A DNA stretch of 64,000 nt from Raillietiella orientalis. Taxonomy: Eukaryota. Where the stretch lies: the NCBI GenBank assembly GCA_036172245.1, contig JAYWIR010000001.1:10540001-10604000 (forward strand), written 5' to 3'. The translations under genes and the position numbers were made by a program. Of the stretch, positions 36,971 to 49,859 are shown one piece after another (within the stretch, counting starts at the first letter, position 1; the number at the start of each line of letters is the position of its first letter). Under the pieces are notes generated by a model, which had not been told where the DNA came from, ran no database searches, and saw only the letters and a list, made by a program, of their open reading frames with translations.

Positions 36971-38729
36971 CACCTCCTGGAGAACAGCATTCTTCCTTGA
37001 AGAATGTCACGTGAGGAGATAGGTGTTTTCGGTGACCTGTTGCTGAATTCCTTTGTTACAGAGGTTTCTTAAGCTCCCAGAGAAAGAACGAAGAGAGAAA
37101 TGAAGAGAAAGGAAGGGTTAAGCAAAGATGTAACCAATCCCTTTTGTACGTGCGTGCAGGAGAAAGCCGAGAAGAAGAAAGTGCGGTTTCTCGGTTCCCT
37201 TGCTACTGCGCAACTGCTCCGGATGCAACACTGACCTTATGGCGGAAATGCTGGAGACGCACCTTGACAGACCCACGTATGCGTGGGCTGCAGTCGCTCC
37301 TGCAGTGATGAATCATAGCCGTGAAGTTTTGAAGCTCGCGGGAGAACCGTGCAGAAGTTTCATTCAGAACTCTTGGGTGCGGAAAAGAACACACAGCTAC
37401 TGTATTAGGAAATCCTGCAGAAAACACCCTTTCCAAGATAAGCAGTGCCATCGTATGGAGCGCCCTGGTGCCGCTTCTCCATGCGTCTTCATGCTCTTCT
37501 CGCTCTCTCGCTTACGGACTGCGAGTCCTCAGCCATGACCATGCGATCTCTGCATTGCAGCGTCGAGTCGAGTGCGGTTTGGCCACAGATAAAGCTGGGC
37601 GTCTGGGAAAGCGGACAAGAGGAATTTTCCGCTGACTTTGTTTCGGATCTCTGGACGCATGCGCACAACTCACACAATACGTTCGGGACCGGGAGTTTCC
37701 GCCTCGTCGTTATGGCGGAGTGGAATATTTAGAATGCGGGAAGTAAATGGAACGGTTCGATTTGACGGGAACCGCGATTTATCATGTAATCCATCTCACC
37801 CGCTCCTCCGCTTTGCACTGTCCAGGGCGGCGGCATGCCACGCGCAATCCCTCGGTCGGCTCGCAGGGCACGGCTCCAGATTCCTACCGCTCCTTGAGCA
37901 CGCAGGTGGCACGCCGCACTAACAGCACAGGATCACAGCACCCCGGTCGTTCAAGGCAAGGGGAGCCCTGCTGGGGATGCGGACAGCAGGAATCAGGTCT
38001 CGCGGACGCACCTTCCTTGTCTCTTCCGTTCACAGAGACCGCCTCTTCCGCGTTGGGCAATCCACAAGAGGGTCAAGCGGTTTCCAGCGGCAAATCGATC
38101 GCAGGTTCGACTCGAATCCAGTGGAGTGACCCGAGTGCCCTCACTTTGCTTGCAGCCACCGCACTTCACTTTACTCTGTAACGTCCCAAACGGATACCAG
38201 CAACGGGAGGTACCTCGGTAGAAGGAACTGGGATGCTTGTTGTTCTTGGGCAGCAGTCTATTGTGGGGCTATCCGCCCTGGAGGGCAAAAATCACCTACG
38301 AACAGCTGGGGAGAAAACGCGATCCCCGCGCTACTCTTCGGCGTTTGCTCGTCGTCGCCGTCTCGCTGCATGCGGCGTCAGGCGCGCGGCCCGCTTCGAC
38401 GGCATCCGTGCGTTACCCAGACAACCCGAACGGACCGAAGAGCGACCTCGTCCTCCTCGCGTGCTCGATGTCGGTGAGGGCGCAGTATCCATGATTCCCC
38501 GGTCCTCCGTGCTAGTCAAAAACATGTTCCCTTTGCGCCCTTCCTCTCCCTACCCCTCCTCCCCGGGCACATTGCAAAGAGTATGAAATGAAGGCACGTG
38601 ACGTACCGGGACTACCAACGAGCACGTGAGGAAGGCACTGCCGTGAAGACTCGAACACCCACCTGCTGAGCGAGGATGCGTAACCAAAGTGCCCAAACGT
38701 TATTTAAATCACACTTGTCACATATCTGC

Positions 38730-38750
38730 AAAAAAAAAAAAAAAAAAAAA
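38730..38750. repeat. Poly(A) tract (21 nt)
   Basis: Direct read. Confidence 0.9.
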
Positions 38751-39399
38751 GGCAACGTGAGTACTCGAGATCAGTGAGGGATTCAGCTTTTAAGCGTGAC
38801 GTAAGCAGAAATATCAAGCGATGCTCGAAGACGGAGATGAATGAACATTCTCTTCGAGCTCAGGTTACATGCGTTTCCCTTGCTTCAACGCACGTACTGA
38901 TTATTGTACATATAGTACCAGTACTCTCCATCTCAGTACTTTTTCAGTCCTTATCAGACGCGTGCCTTACTACTGCACGCGGGTGTACGTACCAAGTGGA
39001 CGCGCGCGTGATGCTGCTAGGCACGCGGCTTTGCACTCTATCAGGAAAAGCAGAATAAAGCGTATACGATGTGGACAGCACGTGGTATTGTACTCAAAAG
39101 ACGTGCGCAGGCGCGCTATCCTTACTCGTAGTACAGTGCGAGTACGCATGCTGTAGCCACCATGTTCACATAATGTTGTTGTACATGTGAAAAAACAAAC
39201 ATTCCGGCTTTCTTGCAGGTGCGTCGTGCTATGCAGATCCCATGAGGGAGGGAGGGTGCTAACCAGTGTGGATGATTAATGATACTGACGATTGACCCTG
39301 TCACGAAAATCAAGGGGCCTAGTGCGTCCTCATGGGTCTGGTTCGAAATTCTGAACTATCGCATTTCCGAAAGATCATAAGAAATGAGGACGTGTGCTT

Positions 39400-39995
39400 A
39401 TTCTACATAGATTGATGTGCAAATTTATTTTAATGTACGCAGTTATTCACGTTTATTGACATAAATTTTATTAGCATTCATATTATAGGAAGAGACATAT
39501 GTATTAAGATTCAATGGCATATATTTTATTAATAGAATTAATAAGTTCTTGATTATTTTGTTGATAGACATTGAAGATTATACAGAATAAATATGTGTGC
39601 TTATTATATAGAGATAAACATATTTATATGAAGATGAGTATATGGATTAATGTATACCATGAAAATTATTAAAAACATATATATATATATGTGTGCTTAT
39701 TATATGTATTCTATATTGTTACACTCACACGCACACACTTATTCATATTCATATATATATATATATATTATGTATAACTATTGATGTATGTAATGAGCAT
39801 ATGTATTTAATTTTATGATCTTTATTGTATGTATTAACAATGCAATCAACGACTTATCAATTTTATTAACAAAATGAGTGTGTGACTGAATCTTAATAAA
39901 TATATCTGTTCCAATAATGTTGCTGATAATAATATGTATGTTAACAAATAGGAATAACTATGCGTGTTAAAATAAATTTGTATAGTAATCTATGC
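39400..39995. repeat. AT-rich low-complexity island with (AT)n tracts and recurring GTGTGCTTATT
   Basis: Abrupt drop in GC; (AT)n at ~39677-39690 and ~39751-39768; GTGTGCTTATT at ~39392, ~39595 and ~39691. Confidence 0.85.
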
Positions 39996-42239
39996 AGAAT
40001 GAGCGCGCGTTTTTATTTCTTATGATCTTTCGGGATTTTGATCGGCATCGCGTTCCCATAGTCTCAGTCGAACGGGTACACCTGCCAGACCTTGGTAACT
40101 CTGGGTGGTCCAGGTGGCGTCCCCTACCAGAAACGCTTGCGGGCACCCCTTTCGCCCCTTCAGTGGAGGTTTCGAAGAGAACGTATCGTGCTACCAGCGC
40201 CCATGTCTTGGAAAGTCCGCGGAGCCTTTTCTCTCTGCTGCCCAACCCCTCTGGGCTAAGGTGACCCAGCAACCTCGAGAACAGCGTTACCAACTCCTTC
40301 TCTCCCGTGAGCACCGAGAAGGCTGGCATCTTCCGCCCTCTCCAGGAGGGGTCTTTGGCGGATTAGACCGGCACTAGAAGCGGGCACTTCCGCCCCTTTT
40401 CTTGCACGGCTCAACCCGCCAGTCTGCCAACTGCCGTTTTCCCAACAAACGGGGAATCCATTCTTCTTTTTGCATCCATACTCCTACCTCTTTCGTCCAC
40501 CTGTCGAACCTCACCAGAAACCGCTGGACCGCCTCCCACTTCTTTCGGGGGAGGAAGGCTGCCAAGGAACAGGAGTCCAAGCCACCGGCAAAGGCGCTGG
40601 AGGAACAATGGGATTTCTCCGTGAAGGGTGGCTGCTGGAACGATTCTTCCTATAGCCTTTGCCAAAACGAACCCTCAGGCAGCGATCCTTGAGGCGAGGT
40701 GAGGGAGATGCGTTCCACAGAGGGCAAAGCAGGCGTTCCGATCTCCCGTTTTCACGGTTCCTGGCTCGATGCGATTTCCAAAGCCTCGCAAGTGCCTGTC
40801 GAACGTGGACGCCAGGGTGGCAAAGAGGACAGGAGTTCCTTTCCCTCCCCATCCCAAGAGTGCCACTCGTTTGTGCTGTTGCCAGAGCTTCGCTGATCGC
40901 GGTAGCCTTGGTTTCCTGCTGCTGAATCTTTGAATGGAGTGCAAGGATGGCTCCAAAAAGAGGCCATTGGTTTTCTCAGGGAGCTGCGATCGATGACTCT
41001 TCCCGGTGGGGCACGGCGCGCCGACAGCTATACCTGCCATTTTCCCCTCCCAGTCTGATTGCATTTGTTCGCCTCGATGACCGCTCATCTACCCGGTCAC
41101 CTTTCCCTCCTTGCGAACTTCTTTCCCTTCTTCCCGGTCTTCGCATCCTTCATGGCGCGTGCGCGGGCCGTTGGGTCCCTCGGAAGCAACATGAGCCACA
41201 CCACCCTCGAGCCGTAAAGAACCCTTATAGGACTCTGCAGACCCCTTGCCGAAGAAAATTTGAAAACGACCTGACTATGCTGGGTCCGCCCTCCCGTCGA
41301 AAGGGAAAGCAGGAAAAACCCTGTGGAATCGCGGAACGTCTGTCGGGATCGCAGAACCAGATGCTCTCTTGCCTTCTGCTCCCTCATTCCCTCGGGCAAC
41401 CAGCTGGGTGAGCACCCCCGAAATTTCATCCTTCTTTGGGCCATCCAGGCCGAACCTTCTTTCTTGAGGTATTCTGTTTCTCCTCCTGAACAGCACTGTT
41501 GCGTCCGTGCAGAACGTGGGAGCGCTCTCTCCCTTTCAGAGGCTGCGACCACTGCTGATCGTTCCCTGGAGATGCTAGGGTCGCTTCCATGAATCCATGA
41601 GCCCTGGGGTCTTTCCCCGTGCCTCTTCTGGGAAACTGCCCAGAGGATCCGTCCTCCGCTGTCTGTGGGATCGAGCCGACTGCCTTGCCAGAGAACAGGC
41701 GTGAGCCTCCCTGGGAACGAATTCAATAGATCGGGACCAATGAGAGCGGTTGTGCATGCCAAGAAAAGGGGACAGGAAAGGACGGCGTGTGTGCTTGGAG
41801 GCCGGCGGCTGTCACTTGCGATCCGCGACCGTTGCTGAGATGGAAAGGAAAAGGTCGAAGACAAGTGCGGACGAGGCAATTGCGTCGAGCAGTGGATTTG
41901 TGGGTGAACTGGGAGCAACAGCGGCGACGTGGAGGGGAAAGGAAACGCTGCCGCCTCACCCTCGATCGGCCCACACTGCTTTGTGAAGCTATAGAAGACG
42001 TAATGCTTCCAGCCTCATTCGAGGAGGTGAGGACTCGAGCTGTTGATGCGAGACAACGGCAGTTGGTGATGGTGCCTCTGGCAGCTGTTACCCCGTGCTT
42101 CCGCTGAATCGCACTTCCGACCTGCTCACTCTGAAACCATGGATTTGGTTCTTTTTTCGAAACTCTGCTCATGGCAGCGTTCTCATTCGATCGCTCTGCT
42201 GTTATCATTTGCAGGCCTACTCTCTTCACCGTTCTTCTT

Positions 42240-43110
42240 TTCATGAAGACATAAGCCAGCTCATCTGAGATCCGTGCTAGAGGCCAACTCAAAGCAGCGT
42301 AGATTTGCAGGTTCATTCCTGGAGTTCAGGGAAAGGTCATAAGAGACCACCACCCACTACCGGACGGCTCGTTCTGTAGGAGAAAGGAACATTCAAGACT
42401 GGGGATCTTGCTCGGCAACTAGCAACTCGCCTGCTCTTTGAGCCAGAATTGCACGCTTAAGGAAGCCATCAAACACCTGGAAGGTCCCTTGTCATCTAGA
42501 GTGGCACTCCCTCCTTTTCCTCTTGCCTTTTTCGTCTTCTCGTGCCCTTCATCATGAAACAATTCATGGGAACTTCTTCCATGAGAAAAGAGAGCAGCTC
42601 TACTTGTCGAGAGGACTGAACACGGAAGCAACAACGGAATTCTACAACTATGGAATGCTCTTGAAGCCCACCTGGATGAATGCTGCACGAAGAAAGCCAT
42701 GCAGATGCTGCCTCATTACACATCTGGTTGAGCAAGAATTGTTGAGCACAGATGGTGCTAAATTCGTCTTAAAAGAAGAGCTAGACGACTCTTCCGGTAT
42801 CTCCAGAGCTGGGTGAGTGAGAGAGAACATCAGAAAATGAGGAAGAGTCACGAAGATCCAATCAAATTCTCCAGAAACAAATTTCTTTATTTGCTGTTGA
42901 CGATGCGAACCGATCATCCGAACTCGTTTCAGAACAGCAATATTTTCTTCATGGTCACGTCAGTTGAAGACATGTTTCCTCTAATTTGGAAATCTGAACG
43001 AGAGAACTTTTCCGGGCTGCAGATCTCTGTGGAGCGCGCGCATCCTACTGTACTTCGTGGCTATTTCCATCCCTCTGCTGGAAACCAATGGAAACAGGAT
43101 TGCGTGGCCG
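42240..43110 (+). pseudogene. Decayed coding relic, possibly a P-element/THAP9-like transposase
   Basis: Fragments QLACSLSQNCTLKEAIKHL, FLYLLLTMRTDHPNSFQN..FF and AHPT loosely resemble the P-element motifs LAxQLxS, YLLTxRxxQDxLExxF and HP. Confidence 0.25.
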
Positions 43111-43959
43111 TCTTTTGAAGTGCACCAGGAAGATAGGACATAGGCACAAATCCTTGACCCTCTGTTTTTTTGTTGTTGTTTTTTCCTCATGGTGGTTGAA
43201 ATTCAGTGACTCTGAGAGATTCCTCCGTGATGCTAACAGCAAGTCCTGCAAAATCCCTCTTTCGACATGCTCATGGGGACTGCTGCTTGCAGGCGGTCCC
43301 CACGCGCCTTTGCTTGCAGCGACGCTGCTTGCAGGCGCCTCTGCGAGCAAAGGCGCGTGCCTCCCAGGCACCAAGCAAACGCCCATCTATCCACCAAACC
43401 TCGGAAGAGCTTGCCGAGTGATCGGTGGACGTCTCTTGTGCTCACTCCCACAGAAGTGAGCGCTCCGCGGTAACCCACTTCAAGGACCGGTCCATGAGTT
43501 CACATAAACGGAAGCTGCTGTTTCGGCTGAAGACACGAGGCGAGATGATCGAGGGTTGCCGCACGCTCTTGGGAAGGAAAACGGTCCATCTTGACTAGAT
43601 CCTCCGTATTTGCCAAATGATGAAGGTGAGGAGGAGGAAAAGCGAAAAAGCGTTGAATAGGAAGGACTTCTCTGGAAAGCAACATCCTTTCTCCCAGACG
43701 AAGAAGGAAGGGTGTTCCCCCAGACAAAGAAAGGGTGCTCTCTTAGACGAAGAACGAAGGATGTTCGTTCTTCGAACGAAGGAAGAATCGATTTTCTAAG
43801 AGATTCCTGCCTGACATGTTCCTTATAGAAGGAGATGAAGATGCCTTGCGATAGCAAGTGTCACTATGGCGAGGAATCCATGACCTCCAGTCGCGTGGGA
43901 AACAATCTTGTGTGACCCGATATCCACAGGACGCGGTAGTCAGGCGCCACAAAATTCAA

Positions 43960-45800
43960 AAGCCCTCGAGCCTGTTTTGTCAACACAGCTTCCCTATTTA
44001 TACTGTCTTTGATAAGAAAAGATTCGTGGGAAATGGGTAGCGGGAGATAGCAATGGCTAGGAGGAATGGAGGGAGATGGAAGTTGACTCCTGAAAGCTTC
44101 AAGAGTGCGAAACCATGCCAACATGCAGCGACCTCGGCCCCTGCCTGCTTCTGCAGAGAAAGAAGGCGGATGCAGTGAGAGATCGCGTCGCCGAGAGCCT
44201 TCCCAGTCGCTCACCCTCGAATCCACACCCTTGGGGCTGCACGTGGCATCCTCCATTTCTGTTTCTGGACAAGTGGCCAGTAAAGCATTATCTTTCCGAG
44301 CCGGCCGGTGCTTCCCGAGAGACAGGGAGACTCTTATAGGGGCTGGAAGACATCCAAGGAATACCCGTAGAGGTCCCGTCGGGGGAGGTACGACTTTGGG
44401 GTGCGGTGGAAAGGCCATCCTAGGTTCCCGGGTTGGACGCAGGTTGCTTGGCGTCGTGATCGGGTGGAAGGCATCGTTTCCATCGCCGGACCTGGGTCGG
44501 CGGACCCTTCCTCCCACGTAATGCTCCCTGCTCAGAGCCTGCTCTACCGGGGGCGCGAGACAGAGGACCCCGCGCGCGCAGGCGCACTGACTCTCGGGAC
44601 AGGCGAGAAACCTCAGCTCTCGGTTTCCCTTCTGGATGACCAGTCCAGTTGACGGAAGGGTCCTTCCCCGGTGTCTGGTCCCCCCGGAGAACGACAGTCT
44701 CCTCGGCAAACGGGCGGGGAGGAAGTCCTGGAGCACCCTGCCGTGAGATTCGCCAAGAAGATCCGGAAACGCACTGAGGAAACTCGAAAGAGAGATCTCC
44801 GCGCCCCCTCCTGAGAGTTTCCCAGTAGCCTTAGAACTTTTTAGCCTCGTCGGGCGCTCACATGCCCCGGAGGCACGATTCGGGGAACTCCAGCACGCAG
44901 TTCGGCGGCAGAAGAGAAAAAGGGAGAGCTCTCAGTAGAGAAGCGTTAAGGGGGAGGCACGACCTAAAAATAAAGTGCATACGTGGTGAGAGCAGACACC
45001 GGGAGCATCGTCTCCGGGAGACAGGAAAGGAAGGAGGAGAGGAAAGTTTCTGTTGTGCGTCTTCCCTGCAGCCTTCTCGCAGTGCGAGCGATGATTTCGG
45101 GACGAAGGTATGGGAGGAGGCCATCTTATCATCCCCCTCTCCATCATGGTAGATGCATGGGCGTAAAATGATCAGAGCTTCCCTCTGATCCTTACTGCCG
45201 CCGTCGCTGCAGAGCAGCACGGGGTGATCGGTGGGTTCGCACCTGTCCTCGAGTGAAATGTCGCCACATGAGCTGCTGCGGGAAGCTCCTGGGAGGGTGG
45301 ACGGTGGATGCCCTCCTCTGCAGTTTCCGGGACCGGCGGCCAAGCGGGCTCTCGCCCATCCAGCGCCTGGAGTGGACCAGGGTCGCGCGTTCCAGCTCGT
45401 CAGTCCGGTGGCTGCCTGCGCCGCTCCCTGGTTGCCGGGGGAGAGTCGGCTGGCAATCCGATATTGCTCGGCATTGTGGACTTTGTGCGGTGGGGCCAGC
45501 GGCCTCCGCTGCTGACCGACAGGAGGTCGCGCCCCGACACGGAGAGTTCTCGACCGCGAAGAGTCCTCGCGCTTGGATTCTGGCTCTCCAAGAGCCCAGA
45601 GGTGTGTTTCACCACCTCCTTCGTCCCCTTTGCCGAGGCTGCAGCGGTCCGTCCTTCCTGGCGTCTAGGAGGATGCCCCGGGGTGTGAGTCCGGTGGACT
45701 CCCTCGCCGTTCTGCACGCATCAGAGACTACACCACGGCCGAGGGTTCCATCTCATGCAGCTCCTCTTTACACTCAAACGACCCGAGATGAGGAACTTTC
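43960..45800 (-). mobile_element. Possible decayed LINE (RT region to C-terminus)
   Basis: Minus-strand fragments AVRIRGKL*SF...RG..DGLLPYL...TTYAL resemble RT motifs, across several frameshifts. Confidence 0.3.
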
Positions 45801-46276
45801 GGCTCCCGGAGAGCGCCGTCGCTCCTAGGAGCTCAGCCCAATCCCAGAGACCCGGCGGGAGTCCCTAATGGCCGCCTTCCGTTGTGCGCAGCTTCTTCAA
45901 CTCCGCCGTTGTTGCCGTCGATGCAGGCGACGCGCGTCCGGTGTGCGGGAACGCGGCGGCACTCTGTTCCTGGGATGGGAGTTAGATCGCGGAGGTCGAG
46001 CTAGGCGTGGCTCCGCCGTCTGGCATCCCCCGAGATATTCCGTAGTCCGTGCTCCGCGCGCGGTCGGAGTCGTCCCGCCCTCCGCTGCAGGGTGGGCGAA
46101 GCGCCGCTGTTGCGTGAGCGCATGCGTGCCAACAGGTCGCTTCCTGCGCGCCGAGCGGCTCGACCTCAGGTCATCTGCGAAGGTCTGCGGACACGCCGCC
46201 GGATGCATCTGGACGCCACTCCGCGGGGAGGGCGCCTCCTCCACGGAAAGTAACTTCCTGTTCTCTTTCTTCCCAG

Positions 46277-46564
46277 GCGCGTCCCTTCCCACTCTGCCTT
46301 CCGGTGAGCCGCGGCTCCGATGCTGAAGGAAGCGAGGCATGGGGCCGTCTCCGAGCAGGGGGACTAGCGGACAAGAGTCGCCTGGAGGCGGCTCCACGGA
46401 CCCCACCGCAGCGGTCCGGCGTCCACCGAGTCGTCTGCTCCTACTACTACTACTACTCCCGGCCGGCAGTTCCCGGAACTGCGGTTTCCCTTCCCACCCC
46501 GCGTGGTGCGCGTCCCTGCGGTGTCGGCGGCGCGGCGTGCCCAGCAGCACCTGACGATGCAAAG
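46277..46564 (+). other. 5' UTR portion of the first neuroligin coding exon (contains upstream ATGs and a (CTA)n tract)
   Basis: Strong acceptor TAACTTCCTGTTCTCTTTCTTCCCAG| ending at 46276, 288 nt before the ATG, which implies an upstream non-coding exon. Confidence 0.6.
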
Positions 46565-47003
46565 ATGACTTTGATCCCCTTGCTGTGCTGCGCGGTGGCC
46601 CAACTCGCGTTCCCCTGCCTCCCCCAGCCCTACCACGGGTACACAAAGAAGCTGAGCAGCCGGGTGGTCCAGACCAAGTACGGGAAGCTGAGAGGTATCG
46701 TGATCTCGTTCGACGACACCAACATGAACTCGGTGGAAGCGTACCTGGGGGTCCCTTACGCCTCCCCCCCCGTGGGAAACCTGAGGTTCATGCCCCCGAT
46801 GACCCCTGCGATCTGGACGGAGATCAGAAACATGGACACGTTCAAACCGGTCTGCCCTCAGGTTCTCCGTGACCTGTCGAACAGAACAGCTGCTCTGGAG
46901 AGCATGCCCAGGAGGAGGTACGAATACCTCCAGCTCCTCTTCTCCTCGCTGAAGAACCACAGCGAGGACTGCCTCCACCTGAACATCTTCGTTCCCTATC
47001 GAG
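46565..47003 (+). CDS. Nlg: Neuroligin, first coding exon (signal peptide + N-terminal carboxylesterase-like domain)
   Basis: ATG at 46565 starts a hydrophobic leader (MTLIPLLCCAVAQLAF), followed by VVQTKYGKLRG, YLGVPYASPPVGNLRFMPP, PVCPQ and SEDCLHLNIFVP, which are type-B carboxylesterase/neuroligin motifs. The exon ends at a G|GTGAGT donor (47004), phase 1. The paralogue is not assignable by eye. Confidence 0.93.
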
Positions 47004-49859
47004 GTGAGTGGGGCGTTAGCTCAGGGGAGACACGCGGAGGGAGGTGAGGGGGAGAGTGGGAAGAGCTGCCGACGACCTCTCCTGCTCTCGGATGCGCGCG
47101 GCGCCCCAGGGTGCCTCTGCTTCCGTCTGACCACCGCCTACCTTTGCGTGGTGCTGTGCTCAGGGGCGCTTGCAATGGTCCCGTGTGCCCTTTGTTCAGC
47201 TAGCCAAGGGGATTCGAACTTTTCGGACGGGGGTGGGAGGGCGTGCGAGGCACCTCAGCCTCTGGGAACGCGGTCCAGGAACCTCCCCCGCCTCGCGCTT
47301 CCATGGGTACTCCGTCGACGCAGGTAGGGCAGGCTCTGTCGGTGCCTCTTCCGGTTCGCACGCCCCGACCGCGGGACCGCCGAAGAAGATCAGGCACCCT
47401 GGTTGCGCAACGACGGCGGGACGAAGCGCCGCCGTTTGCGAAACCGTGGCTGGGGCGCCAGACCTTCCCCTCCTTGAACGAAATTTTAATTGGGACCGCC
47501 ACTTTCTCGGGAGCTATCATTACGCCCTCCGGAGATTTATGGTCCCCAAAGAAATCCGATCGCTAGCGATGGCGCGGACTGCATTCCGCTGATGGATGCG
47601 GCTGTCGTGGAGCTCAACGAACTGATAGTCGAGAGCGACCGCCGAGGGTTAGAACTAAAGGAAAAGCTCCCCCTTATGCGATTCGAGCTGACCCTTCGCC
47701 TCTGCACGGAAAGGATGAGGCGCGCGAACTCGCCTCCTCTCCGACCGACCGCTCCCGGAAGTTTCGCGAGTGGCGTAACGGCCGCGCCCGTCCCTCCTCG
47801 GCCACCCTGCAGGACTCCTCCGAAACTCCTACCTCCCGCAGTACCGTGGCGGCATCCCAGGTGACTGCGCCCTCGCTGGTTCCGGAAGAGGCCGGTGTCC
47901 TCGGCTTCTCAGAAAGGGCTTCCCGTTCCTCCCCTCCATCTTTGGATACTCTGTCAGGAATGGGATTGCTGGATTCGAAGACCACCACCTCACGCGCGGC
48001 ACCTTCCGCAAGGGATCTCTGATTGGGGGGTCTGGAAGACGAGACGTCACTCTAATTTGGAGCCGTGAAACGAACCCATGCGTCCTTGAAAGCGGACGGG
48101 GGCAGTTCCGAGGGGATCAGCGTGGAATAATTTTCGGGAAGCATCGGTGGAGCAATATGCGGGTAAGGGGACACGTGAAACAGACGCCCGAGATCCGGGA
48201 GGCAACGTCTAGGGGAGGGGGGAAGGAGGACTGCAGAAAGCGGAAGATCCGGCTGTCTGGATGAACTCTGTGGGGCGGAAGATGCTCAAGATGCAAGGTT
48301 CGTTCGAAATGACAGAAGAATTCTGCGGACAAGGAAAATGCGGGGTTTGTAAAGGGGGCGCGGAAGAGAAGGGGCGGATGCTTCAGAAGCTACAGCGAAA
48401 GGAGTGGCAGGTGGCTCCAGACTTCGTCATCGGGAAGGTATCTGTCCAAGGAGGCCGAGGCGAGGAGGGAAGCGAAACGCGAAAGCGAGCGAGGTCTTTC
48501 TCCTGCGAATTCATGCAGATTCGGGAATCGGCCGGGATGCTTCCGATCTCTGCTTGGGAAAAGGCGGGAGACCCGGGAAGCGCGCGGCAGGTGCGCGCGC
48601 CGCCTCCTCCTCGCATTCTGGAGCAACATAGAGGGGCTCAGGAGGACGAACCAGCAAGACAAAGAGCGTCTGCGCCGTCCCTCGCTGGATAGGAGCCAGG
48701 ACCCGGGGAATCTGCGCAGTTAAATCCATGGCAGCGGGCAGAAGATGGTAGTCACTTTCTCTTCAGCTGAAGAGATAGCTCACTCTGCAAAGAGAGAACT
48801 TGTAAGACGAGGACAAAGGTGATCTTGATGGCAGCGAAATGCGTGTTCCAAGCAGGCCAAGTGAGTCACTCTCGTCACGGCTGCGCACTTGGAGCATTCC
48901 GGAAGAAACCGTCTTGACATCCTCAAGAGATTACGAAGAACTCGTGGCCCCCTGTTTTAGGGGGAAGCACCTTGAAGATCTCCCTCCTGATCGCTTTACG
49001 GAGAAGCATGGCTCCGGATCGTGCAGAAAGGCGGACCCCGCCTCTCTGTTCTGAGAATCTCTATCTCGGAAGGAAGGGAAATCAGTGCATCAGGAAAATT
49101 AACATCCCGAACGCTTGCAAGGATAGCCCGAAGCTTCGGAACTGGGATGGATGTTTTCCTGGGGATTTCTCTGAGAATGGACTAAGGCAAGTTCACAGGA
49201 AGAGCCTTTTCTCATCAAGCATCGACCCGCCTGGTAGTCTGGAAACTCGCACTCCCGTTTTTCAGGACAGTTCGGTGAGGATGGTGTCACTCTCACTGCT
49301 GAAACCCTGGTGCCATCTCCTCGAGGGATGTTCTTTCGGAGGCACAGGGCTGTCCCCGGCAAACATTGCCCGTTCGCTTCCCGATGCCAGATGTTCGCTC
49401 ACATGGATCATTTGGTTTCCGAAGCTACAGAGGCCATTTTTGTTTCTGGCATCTTTTGCGTGCCGGATGTTCCGATGATGCCATCACGTGGCGAGGTGAT
49501 CAAAATGGGGCACACTGAGGTCTCCTGATACTGGGAGGTCGGAGTTTCAATTGATCCTACTTGCTCCGCAGACCTTGCTTTGATGAAGATCATGAGTACA
49601 TGAGCCGGGCCTAATCAGTTGACCGTGGATCGTCTGAACAGATCCATCACCGAGCTGGAATTCTTTCTTGGATCACTAGTTTCGTCTTTCCTCCTCCCAT
49701 GCTCTTCTGTTTCATGGTGTCCGTTTTTAAACTGTGACCCGAAGATCTGACGCCATGAGCCGGAGGCCATCAAGCCGGATCCGAAGAAACAATCTGTAGT
49801 CCCAGTGAGGTTTCCGGAGCTCACGTTCCGACCATCGCCAGTCAGCGAAAGACGCCGCG

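Noticed and set aside
46304-46564. N-terminal extension of neuroligin as given by ORF 46304..47047
   Set aside because: That ORF starts at a non-ATG codon. The first in-frame ATG (46565) directly precedes a signal-peptide-like segment.
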